A stretch of DNA of 64,000 bases from contig NW_021834615.1 of NCBI RefSeq assembly GCF_006345805.1, positions 7,832 through 71,831 on the forward strand, written 5' to 3'. Below the pieces are notes generated by a model. It saw only the letters and a list, made by a program, of their open reading frames with translations. It ran no database searches and was not told the DNA's origin. Shown one piece after another: positions 52,202 through 64,000 of the stretch. Numbering within the stretch: the stretch's first letter is position 1; every line of letters begins with the position of its first letter. The DNA comes from Octopus sinensis (taxonomy: Eukaryota). Position numbers and translations under genes: made by a program.

Positions 52202-53919
52202 ATGTCTGTGTGGAGGCGCAGTGGCCCAAGGGTTAGGGCAGCGGTCTCATGGTTGCCGGATCGCGGTTTCGATTCCCAGACTGGGCGTTGTGAGTGTTTA
52301 ATGCTGCACGAAGCTCAGTGAGTTGGGTTGTTGTGATCACTCTTTCTTCTGTTGGCCCGCTCGCTTAGCCAGCAGGGTGGCGTCATTTTAAGGCTAAAAC
52401 AACGCGAAGCGCATTGTGACCAGCGATATGTAGCAACAACTGATAGCCTACTCTGTGACGGTGATCACGGAGATATATGCATCATATGCACACAATACAC
52501 ACACACACATACATACACACGTACATACACACACACCAGCACAGATGCCCACATATACCTTTAACGAACAATACTCATACAGATACGCACACACTTATAC
52601 ACACACACGCACATACACGTACTTTAGCGCACACACGCACACAAGCACACGCACGCACATTACGCCCACACAACTTCAAAAAAAACCCTACACACACGCA
52701 TGCATATATATGTATACACACAAACGCACAGTTACTCACCACACAAACTCTACACGCATACACACACATACACACCGATACATATACATACACGCAATAT
52801 ATGCCTACACGCGCACACACACACATACACATCCGTATACACATATAGACACAGACACACACACACGCACGCAAAAACATGCGCACACACACACACACAC
52901 GAATGCACACACCGAAAACTCACATCCACGGATACAGGTATATACACCTATATACGCTTACTCACACACATACAAACGCACGTGTACGCGCACACACAGC
53001 TACATGAACATGTGAGACGCATGCACATACATACATACACATAAATGAACCCACACATACATCCCATACACACGGCACACAAATATACAAACACGCACAC
53101 AATTATACATACATGTATACACACAAACGCACAGTTATTCGCCACACACCCAAACTCTACGCATACACACACACACAAACACACATGTGTCATCATTGCA
53201 CACATACACACACGCACACATACAGAAAGTAAAGCATAGTTATTCGCCAAACACCCTAACTCTACGCCTACACACACGAACACACACATACATACACACA
53301 CACTACAAACAAAACACACACACGATACATATACATACACGCACACACACACATACTTCACACTAGCGGTACCTACTACTTGACCTGGGGTAGAGACAAA
53401 AGGAGCCACGCCCAATTCCTTCTCCCTTGATCTTAACACTACTAACCCTACAACACGCAAAGTTTAACAGCCACAACCACACACACATACACACACACAT
53501 GCACACACACACACACACGTGTCATCATTGCACACATACGCACATACACACACACGGACATGCAGACCTACGATCACGCTCTTATCCATACTTACACACA
53601 CATTCCTCATCCTCTACCACTCTCCTGTCTTTGAAAGAACTTTTCTTCCCCAATTTTCTTCCGGTCATTCAAAATGTGACGGCGTGTGTACCGTTGGCGA
53701 TTTTTTTTCCTCTGTCTTCCCTCCTCGTATGTTTCCGACGAAGAGCTCTGCTCGAAACGTTAAACCCTCCTCCTTCCCTTCTTTCCTAAGCGTCAAATAT
53801 TACTATATTTGTTCCACGTCCTCGCATTGTTGTGTTTTTTAGTGCTTTCTTGTTTAGATTAAATTTAACTATATATATACATGTGTGAGTGTATATATAT
53901 ATATATATGTGTAGAAATA

Positions 53920-53952
<33 letters not shown>

Positions 53953-54667
53953 ATGTGTGCGTGTGTGTGTGTGTACTTGAAGACATACCCGGTATTGCTG
54001 GGGATTCAAATGGCAAAGATGGTATATAATATATTCCAGTCATTTTGAAACAGGTGATATGGGAAAGTGCAACATTGACAACAAAACATTTGTTGAGTAA
54101 ATGCTGGGCTAACTCGACTAAGCAACATGCTATGCGTCCGTTTGGAGTGTTTCAGGCCCTAACCTGTCATGCAAAATTGGAGGTGGGGTTTGTGTGATTT
54201 TTGAACGCACCGAAATGCTGTCAGTGGATATACTCTCCTTTGCAGCAGTGTGCGCTGTGTCTAACACGGCCCATCATCGGAAATTTTGACACTTCACGTC
54301 GGGTTTGTTGTCCTACATCACTCATAGAGTAAATTTGGAGGAACTGTGGTTGTTCATTTGTGTGTGTGCGCGTGTAGGCATATATTGCCCTTGAACTTTG
54401 ACGTGGGCGTAAATTCATGTTTATCTATCTTCTTAGATTCACCAAACGATGTCATTTGAAATGCAGAGTTGTATTGTCTGATATTGTTCAAGAAGTCGTT
54501 TGACTGAATTGAAGCGCCTTCTAGAAGATTCCTAAGGGGTTGACATGGTTGTGTTGGCAATGATACCTGTCCGAATATGTTGTTATCTATTGCATTGTTT
54601 TAAGTTCGAAACGATAATAAATATCCTGAAGTTCTATTTATATGATGCTATTTCTATTTTTTCAAAG

Positions 54668-54719
54668 AACCGTTTCATCTCCAAGAAATCTCTCGACGAT
54701 AAACCTGATGACACACCAA
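54668..54719 (+). CDS. Array gene exon 2, copy D
   Basis: 52 nt, intact; the acceptor is aag rather than cag. Confidence 0.72.
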
Positions 54720-54954
54720 GTAAGAACTAATTTTATGGCTAAAGTCTTTTACCCGTGACTCATTAACTAATGATTTATAATTTCACCAACTTTGAATTAG
54801 TTCCACATTACTATCCATATGTCCACAAAATATATACTAAGACACTTGCCTGAATTTATTTAAAACTATGTTCTACTTTACAATAATTTCCTAAATAAAA
54901 TGTTATTCTTATATACTTATATGCCTTTTATTGTGTGTATATGAGTATACATGC

Positions 54955-56085
54955 AGTGCTACGTCGATAATTGTACCAAGCCCATAAATACAATCATTTG
55001 AACATCCATATAAGTATTTTATGGCAACCAGTATATACCCATTAAACTCACCCTCCTGGTAAACCATCCGCAACATGCCCCAGGGCACGTGATCTTGAGC
55101 CTTTCCGTGGTTTACAGCGTATAAACCTTGGAAATAATTCAATGTTGGCTGGAAGATCAGTCTTGAACGAATCTCTGGTCGGGTGTACTTCGTCCAAGAC
55201 GGTAATCTTGGGCGCGACAATTTCCCTACATATCTATTCCTGACATTTAGTGTAGATTTTCTATAATTAGAATACACTCTTTGGTCTCAATTTGAAAAGA
55301 TTATGATTGTCACCCCATATTACCATTGCCTTGGTGTTTTTTCCAGAGGTCTCATCCACCTAGCATACATGGGTCACTCAGAGAATACCATCTGTATTTA
55401 AAGTTTCGAAAATATCAAGCCGAACGTGCTTTTCACCAGCAGCTTTATCACTTTTAAGTGAGTTTAGCTCAAATAAGCCTTCAAACGAAGAAGAACCTGC
55501 CGAAAAACATAATACAATCACGAATCCATTTCGAGGTCCAACTTCATTCAGGCGGGTCACTCTCAATTTGGATGCAAATGTCTCCACATTTTCGTTTCTG
55601 ATTCCAGCATCCACTGCGGCTTCCAACTGTATTCTGTAGGTCGCACTAGACTTACCAATTTCCAGTGTTCTGCAGACTGTAGGAATTTTCAGGTTTTTAG
55701 ACATTTAGGTAGTGACGAGTTGACAACTCCACCCTTCCTTTTACCCGAACGTTCAGCAAAGAGTGAAAGATGACCGAAATCTATCAGAAACCTCTGTCAC
55801 CAAGTATTTCTAAATCAGGCACCCTTATAAATATCCCTGTCTTAAAAGAATATCTATACCATAGAGAGGAGAAGTGTGTATCCTGCAATGAAGGCTGCTA
55901 TGACCTCTCCATTAAGTTCACTGACGACATTCCTTCCAATCAATCCTTCTCACGGTTATCAGTGCCAAGGTGTGCACTGAAGTCTCCTTGCAGGACAAAT
56001 GACTTTACCCCAAATATATCTAAAGCTGAGGTGAATTTGCTTAGGAAGGATTTGTATTTGACATCGCTGTTTGCTGCATATACTT
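54955..56085 (-). mobile_element. Degenerate RTE-like LINE remnant in intron 2 (copy D, internally deleted)
   Basis: KAQDHVPWGMLRMVYQEGE and NSLKSDKAAGE. Confidence 0.6.
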
Positions 56086-56711
56086 ACAGAACGCTAAGGG
56101 CTCGAAGAAATAGCCATACCGCGTCATCCATCGAGTGGGATAAAAGCAGTTGCCCCCGGATCTTGATTGGAGGAGACGATTCGGGAATATATTGCAGTCT
56201 CCACCCAACTCAATCTGAGATGAATGGGGACGGAATACAAAATATGCGTCTTCCAAACACCGAAGCAGGTCCAGATGGGATCAACCGTTCATAATTGAGA
56301 ATTAGACTGTCAAAACCGGACGATACAAAGCGCTATGAATGAAGGAGTGGTGTAGCTGTTGGAAGTAAATGCACCCAATAGCGAGGGCAAATACAAATGC
56401 TTCCTTAACAAAGTCACTGCAGCTTTGGATATATTTGGGGTAAAGTCATTTGTCTTACAAGGAGACTTCCGTGCACACTTTGACGCTGATAACCGCAAGA
56501 AGTATTGATTGGGTGGAATCGCCCCACACACATAATTGGGGTGGCCATACTAGTCTTCTGGAAGGAAACGGACTCTCTTCGCGCCAAACACCAAGCTGAT
56601 ATTCGTAAATGGCAAATCAGGTGCCAAGAATTGATAATATTGCCAACATATCTATAAAAGAAGGACTTAATCATTTTTATTGTCACAAATATATATAAAT
56701 GTATATATATA

Positions 56712-56758
<47 letters not shown>

Positions 56759-56760
<2 letters not shown>

Positions 56761-57180
56761 CGCAGGAGTGGCTGTGTGGTAAGTAGCTGCTGCTACCAAC
56801 CACATGGTTCCGGGTTCAGTCCCACTGCGTGGCACCTTGGGCAAGTGTCTTCTACTATAGCCCCGGGCCGACCAATGCCTTGTGAGTGGATTTGGTAGAC
56901 GGAAACTGAAAGAAGCATGTCGTATTATATGTATATATATATATGTATATGTGTGTGTGTTTGTGTGTCTGTGTTTGTCCCCCTAGCATTGCTTGACAAC
57001 TGATGCTGGTGTGTTTTACGTCCCCGTCACTTAGCGGTTCGGCAAAAGAGACCGATAGAATAAGTACTGGGCTTACAAAGAATAAGTCCCGGGGTCGATT
57101 TGCTCGACTAAAGGCGGTGCTCCAGCATGGCCGCAGTCAAATGACTGAAACAAATAAAAGAGTAAAAGAAAAAAGAGTAA
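56759..57180 (+). mobile_element. Full-length tRNA-derived SINE in (TA)n, copy D only
   Basis: A-box-like tggctgtgtgg, B-box-like gggttcagtccc, CORE-like ccttgggcaag, an internal microsatellite and the tail ...agcatggccgcagtcaaatgactgaaac. Resembles octopus SINEs as recalled, not searched. Confidence 0.8.
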
Positions 57181-57216
<36 letters not shown>

Positions 57217-57545
57217 TCACATCCAAGTTCAACTACAAAACAAACATCCGTTTTTAAGGGAGACAAATACACATTCTGATATTCTGAGATTAATCTCTCA
57301 ATTCGTTGACATCAACGTCAACAACAGGCTCAATAGACAAATGACTAATTTTCTTCGTTTAAAATTTATTCTTAGCGAATCATTTACTTCTTTCATTCTG
57401 ATTTTCATTCATTCACTCATTCTTTCTCTCTTAAATTCTAAATGTATCTCCTCTCTATCAATTCCTTCCAAGCCAACAACTTCCTTTGTATAGGATTCAA
57501 GAATTCTTTATTTTAAACTAAATTATTTCATTTTAAATTTCACAG

Positions 57546-57620
57546 AACCCGGTCTCGGATCATTGTATACCCGGTGGGGCAGAACAAGTTGTCCTCCTTA
57601 TTCAAACCTTGTATATGACG
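57546..57620 (+). CDS. Array gene exon 3, copy D (PGLGSLYTRWGRTSCPPYSNLVYD-G)
   Basis: cacag/gttagt, 75 nt, intact. Confidence 0.9.
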
Positions 57621-58984
57621 GTTAGTATAAACTATACTTCTGTTCACTCTTTCTCTCTTTATCTTTCTCTTCTTCTCTTTTTATTCCTCTCATTTTCTCT
57701 TTCTGTCGCCCCCTCTCTTTCCGTTTCTCACACACGGACACGCACGCACGCACACTCAAGCAAATCATGTGATATATCACGTTTCAAACGATACCTATAG
57801 ACCCTGTTGAGACTGCACAAGACTGCTTACTTCTTTGTAGGTATTTGGTCAAATCAGAATTTAAATGTTGTCTACTTCGGTTCGGACAGGTGAAAATGAT
57901 GTTGTCTAACCTCAGAATATAGATATCTCTACGATAATTATAGATAGGACTAGACTGGAATCCAGTACAGCGATCAAGGACTCCTGGCTGACTTGTATGG
58001 AGTGTAGATATCAAATACCGAGGCTGCTAACTGGTGATCAAGTGTACTGGATACGGATGGTGGTATTATACGTGAGTGACCAGAACTGAAAAGTGGCCAC
58101 TTGACTATCATTAACTAGAGTGTCTATTGATTGTAGTTATAGACTACAATCAATTGATGAACGAATGTATAGGGTTAATCAAATGAACGCAGAATGTACA
58201 ATGTGGACTGGACAACCCATACACTGTAACTAATGGACAAAGCTAACTAAGGGCCGTATGTATTATGCCAAATATGGAGGGACCAAGTACCACTGAGGGA
58301 ACCCAGTGAGTACATATTGCACTTCTAATCTTCTCCGCCTTACCGATATCGCCCTATTCCTCAAACCTCTCTCTTTCATGCACCACCTCCCCTCATTAAT
58401 TGTCCAGTATATCTTTGTAAGGTATCGCCGGCACATCCAATTCAAAGCTATTGCTTCCCACATCTTCTCCAACCAATCTCGCATCCTTTGTGAATCTGCT
58501 CTCTATAAACCCTACACATATCGTTTATCGGTCGCCCACTCCGCTGTCCATTCTTCTTAGCACTACGCACCATCAATGAGCTTCAAAATTCACTCCACCT
58601 CAGTTCATGCTTTGCATGAAATAAAATCTCTGTGATCATAATATTATAGTATGTGGTATTACCGTCTCGTGGTAGGCCTGACTCGTCCCAGACAAACCGA
58701 TGGATATAGCCAGACACACACCGTATGGTCGGCTAAACAGTATTTCATCCCCTCTTACCCACCAGTTCTCTGCATGTCACCGTCTCTCGTATTGTTCTAC
58801 TCTCAAACCACATGCAATTCCCATCACCAACAATTTTCCCGTTCAAACGGGAACGACATCTTTTCATTTCGGGAAATCACGACCACATGCGTTACAATAT
58901 CCCTTTCCTTTCTCCGTTTATTGACATCCACACACGAACATGTACCCCCTGCAATACACATCACAACCACGATTACTTAACCGT

Positions 58985-59017
<33 letters not shown>

Positions 59018-59241
59018 TATATATATAAAGAGAAGAGAACGCACAGCTGCGAACACATGCGCACTCCCATCCAGCAACACACAGCTTACACTTACATAAA
59101 CACTAACACATACACCACAATTCGTTCACACGTGACTAAACATGGCTCCTTTTAAGGGTCAAACTGTAATGAATGTTTCCGTTATTTCATATATAATTTT
59201 GCCTATATCTTTTTTACTTGATTTATTCTTACTAATTCAAG

Positions 59242-59740
59242 GTGGGCTGGTGGACAAAATTTTGACAAGACAGGTGGCGGAAATAATCTCTTATGCCTAC
59301 CCAACGACCCCATTTGGGCCAATTATACTGCAAAAGGGGAAAATGCGGGTTGGATTTATGGCAGTGAATATCAACTACAGTCATACGACACCAATACTAT
59401 TTTTTCTTTTGCTAACGCTAAATCACTTCATGATCACAACGTTCCGTGCGCTGTCTGTTTGACACGACAACCTGCTGTTGTTATGATGTTACCAGGCAGG
59501 AATGAGTGTTACGCTGGTTGGACAGCTGAGTATTCAGGATATTTGATGTCCAGTAATCACGAAGAAAAGGGCAGACTAGAATATGTGTGTGTGGACTATG
59601 CACCAGAAGCTGATCCAGCAGGTTACAGAGACGAAAATGGAGCTGTTTTATATTTCGTTCAGGCTGCTTGTGGTTCATTGCCATGTCCACCGTTTGTCAA
59701 TGGTCACGAATTAACCTGCGTTGTGTGCAGTAAATATTGA
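59242..59740 (+). pseudogene. Array gene exon 4, copy D (C4-like domain; 1-bp deletion in the first codons, aag acceptor)
   Basis: 499 nt; gtgggctggtgga vs gtgtcgttggtgga. The rest is open: GGQNFDKTGGGNNLLCLP...LTCVVCSKY*. Confidence 0.82.
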
Positions 59741-61235
59741 ATAGAAATTAAATTCGGTTCCATATGAAAATATGTCTGTGAATTAAAAGAAATAATATAA
59801 AATTTTAATTGTTTTACCTAATATTTACTTCAAAGTATGTCTATCGTTACAATAAACTGTTGTACTAGTTTACAGAAGATATTCAAACAATACAAAAGAG
59901 GCGACGTAGAATGCCAGAAATATCCTCAAAAACAAGAAAAATCTAAATCTGTCGAAATGATTCTAGAAAACATTTTGTAAGATTTCAGTTTATCAAACTT
60001 ATCGTTGAAATAAAATGTTATTTTGTTTAACTGTATTTTGTCTTCTGTCTCATGATTCAACAAACCCCAAATAAAGTACCACCATAGAATTATATCAGCT
60101 TTCATGCACAGCCTTAGAATTTCTAATACTCGACGCTACTATCTCCGACATCTTGGTTTTCAAATTACAGCTCGGATTCTGACAAGGAGCCATGAACCGC
60201 TACATTGCATAGCACAGAACTTAACTGATTCTTTCAACAACAACCAGATACTTCCACACAATCCATTCTTTGCCGTTATTAATCAGGAAAGCTTTCCGAT
60301 CCATTCCAAACCCATATCTTATAAAACCTATTTATCGTCTACTTTAGAAATATCACAAAATGTTCAATTTAGCTTTCTGAGAATGTGGAATTTACACGAT
60401 CAATCCCTCAAAGACAGTATAAATGAGTATTGGTCCTGCCAACCTATATCTATATCACAAATTCCCACCTCTCTTCAAAATAAGACAAAATGAAACTCGA
60501 TGCACACAACATACACATCATATACTAAACGCTGATATACAAGAATAAGAAATGAAATCAACCAGAAAAATTGCCTCATTTCGACAGCAGAGATCATCAA
60601 ATACGACGATTTCTTTCACTCATCTACGTAAACATACCAGACTCGAAGAAAGGATGGATCCTAGAAGCTGAATAGATTTCATGCGAAACGAATACAAAAC
60701 CCATAAAAGTGAGAGTAAAGAGAGCAAATATAGTCAGGGCAAGCACGGATGCTGTGTGTAAGAAGGCTGAGATGTTGTGACCGTCACGTTATATCCAATA
60801 GGATTCATGACAGTATGTTGGAGTGTGTCGAATATTTGTCAGATAAACGAAGGTTTCGGTTAACAGCATCAAGCTGCAATAAAGATTAAAGATTATTAAT
60901 GTTTACTATCCCACTATTATTAGTCTGATGGGTAAATCTGCATTCGTTTCTCTAGATTACAAATATTTTCCTGGTTGTAAATCGTAAACAATTGCAGAGA
61001 ATACGGACGCTGGTAGATCTTCAAATTCATCTTTTGATTCAGCGGCATAATTAGACAGTTAAAACGACCGCCAGGTGTTTAAGCTGTACAGAGCATGCGC
61101 AGCTGCATATGCAACCCGCCATTACAATAGGAAAAATTATGGGACTTTGTTGAAATCTGACATGGATGTAAGATTTATTTTGTAGCTTATTTCGAATTAA
61201 CCTTATTTCGAGGGCCAAACCGAGAGTGTTACACA

Positions 61236-61290
<55 letters not shown>

Positions 61291-61644
61291 ACATACACAT
61301 ATATATATTAAATTTGGTCAAACTATATCTGAGGGGTCTAATATGCTTCATCTAAGAATATTTAATCATAACTATGGAATTCCGTCGTACATATGCAGTC
61401 CATACGGAAGGTGCACTTGCGAATTGAGTTTCAAATGGGAGACGCTGTACCTGTATGTTTTGCTATGATTTATAAAACAAGAAGAAACATATTCAAAGCT
61501 AGTGATAATGACTAGCTAAAAATATGTATGAATGTCATTATTCGGTTTTAATAGAATATTTATGGCCAACAGAAAGAGAGACGGCTTCTAACTTAGTTCC
61601 AAGTATCTTTCATTGGAATTTCAACAACATGAACAGGATATTTT

Positions 61645-62186
61645 TGTATGTATGTATGAATGTATGTATGTATGTATGTATGTATGTACGTATGCATGTA
61701 TGTATGTATGTATGTATGTATGTATGTATGTATGTATGTATGTATGTATGTATGGATGCATGCATGCATGTATGTATGTATGTATGTATGGATGCATGTA
61801 TGTATGTATGCATGTATGTATGCATGTATGCATGAATGCATGTATGTATGTCTGTATGTATGTATGTATGTATGCATGTATGTATGTATGCATGTATGTA
61901 AGTAAGTATGTATGTATGTATGCATGTATGTATGCATGTATGCATGCATGAATGTATGCATGTATGTATGTATGTATGCATGTATGTATGTATGCATGTA
62001 TGTATGTATGCATGTATGTATGTATGTATGTATGTATGTATGTATGTATGTATGTATGGATGCATGCATGCATGTATGTATGTATGTATGTATGTATGCA
62101 TGTATGTATGTATGCATGTATGTATGTATGCATGTATGTATGTATGTATGTATGTATGTATGTATGTATGTATGTATGTATGTATG
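61645..62186. repeat. (ATGT)n microsatellite
   Basis: Read directly from the sequence. Confidence 0.95.
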
Positions 62187-63841
62187 TCAGGTCTCTTTCG
62201 AGTGCTACTGGTAACATGTAACCCAGTACAACCTGTTGCATTTTCGGGTCGTCGGCGACTAAACCGGCAACGCAACCAAGCTTGCTTGGTGAAGAGGGTG
62301 TTTACTGGAAACCCTGCGGGATGAAAAACAAAACCCGTCAAAGAGCGGAGGAATTCTTGAGTCAACGGCCATCCAATAAATGTCTTAAGACTGTATCATG
62401 CGCGGGGACATAGAAATAATCGGACTGAATACTCGATCGTGCGGTTAAACCACAGGGAGTGAAGGACTTCTAGCCTTTGTTAGGGCATCCTTCTAGGAGA
62501 GGCTAACTCAGGTAACTGGGATAACTCCGACATAAAACCTGCGGCTCAGTGGTTACCGATGATGTTGAATTATTCTTCTTTTCGGATTATGGCTGCTGTT
62601 GATTAGTGAGTGGGATTGACTCAGTGCACAGCCTTTCCTCGCTTTAAAAAAATCTTCATGCACAGGCATTGCACGATAACAACATTGATTAAGCACCGAG
62701 CAATGGCCATGCTCGATAATGAGGGGGCAGCCACCAAGTATGAATGTATGTATGTATGTATGTATATATGGATGTAAGTATGTATGTATATATGGATGTA
62801 TGTGTATATATGTCTATCGATATATACATGCTTACATTCATACCTACATGCGTGCATACATGTGTGCATACATACATGTAAGTATACATATATGCATGCA
62901 TGTATGTATGTATGTATGTATGCATGTATGTATGTATACATGTATGTATGCATGTATGTATGTGTGTGTGTATATATGTATGGGTGGGTGGGAATTGGTA
63001 GGTTTTGATTTTGATATTCCCATAAAACTTTTCTAATCCGATTAACGCTTGTTGTGAAGAATCCAATCCGAACATTAGACTTCATTAGATTAAGTCTTGC
63101 GATTACTGTTTGGGTTGAACGAAATACTTCCCACACTGAATATTAAAACAGTGTGTGAGTGTGAGTGTATGTGTGTGTGTGTGTGAGTGTGTGTGTGTGT
63201 TAGTGTGTGTGTGTGAGTGTTTGTCAGTGTGTGTGTCATTGTGTGTGTCTATGTGTGAGTGTGTGTATGTGTGTCAGTGTGTGTCTGTGTGTTTGTTAAT
63301 TTGTGTGTGTGTGTCAGTGTTTATTGGTGTGTGTGTGTCAGTGTGTGTTTGTGTGTGTGTGTGTCCGTGTCTGTTTGCGTGTCAGTGTGTGTGTATGCGT
63401 TTGTGTGTCTTTGTGTCTGTGTATTTGTTGGTTGAACGAAATACTTCCCACACTGAATATTAAAACAGTTTCCCAAGAATAAACAAATAAAATTAAATAA
63501 CAACATTAGTAAATAAATATATCATAATATATCCAGAAACAGGAATCATTTCACTTTACACGTGTCTCTCATTCATCAAAATATTTTCCTAATTATTGTG
63601 TGACAATATCAAACCATCTCTTTCCAATAATTAAACCTCTCAGACAAGTTCACGCCCACTTTTACAGTTCCACCAATCGCATTGGTTCATAAATTTACGA
63701 TAAGATCTATGCCAGAGCTGGGTTGTTGTGCGCTCAATAAATACGTGGAATTCAGTTACAGGTCTTCAGATTAAACCTCGCATCTCGATCTTTTGTTGAA
63801 GCCACACGAAGTATCACGTACGACCGACAACTGTCACCAGA

Positions 63842-63985
63842 ATGGATTTCGCACAACTGTCCAGGAATATTTCGCAGCGTTATTCCATTTCTTCTCTCAT
63901 AGCTTTTGGGGTTCTTCTCGTTCTGACGATCGTGATTCTTCATCAAGATTCAAGAATAGGAAAAATGGAAGAGAAGTCGAAAACG
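63842..63985 (+). CDS. Array gene exon 1, copy E (gene continues beyond the window)
   Basis: Intact 144 nt, same peptide as C and D; gtaagt donor at 63986. Confidence 0.85.
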
Positions 63986-64000
63986 GTAAGTCATGGATTT

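Overview
Eukaryotic, AT-rich, microsatellite-dense animal DNA. The SINE families and the (TA)n/(CA)n/(ATGT)n landscape resemble an octopus (coleoid cephalopod) genome; this is inference. The backbone of the window is a + strand tandem array of a 4-exon gene (copies A-D plus exon 1 of copy E; exons 144/52/75/500 nt, predicted 256 aa). The product has an N-terminal hydrophobic signal/anchor, a short acidic stalk and a Cys-rich short-chain-collagen-C4-like domain, but no Gly-X-Y helix. Exon 1 is almost invariant, whereas exon 4 differs in four short hypervariable segments. The four copies show all four combinations of two 5' and two 3' haplotypes, switching within about 14 bp inside exon 4. Copies B, C and D each carry 1-bp indels, which may be real or assembly errors. 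Introns and spacers hold a Tx1/L1-type LINE, a HERO-like REL-LINE fragment, RTE and Helitron remnants, a deleted mariner, a MITE and tRNA-derived SINEs. They also hold at least five different non-coding elements inserted in (TA)n tracts that carry type I hammerhead ribozyme motifs (eight motifs, plus three degenerate minimal ones), several in sense orientation inside introns of the array genes. Nearly all other long ORFs in the track are microsatellite artefacts. All structures and alignments were read by eye.
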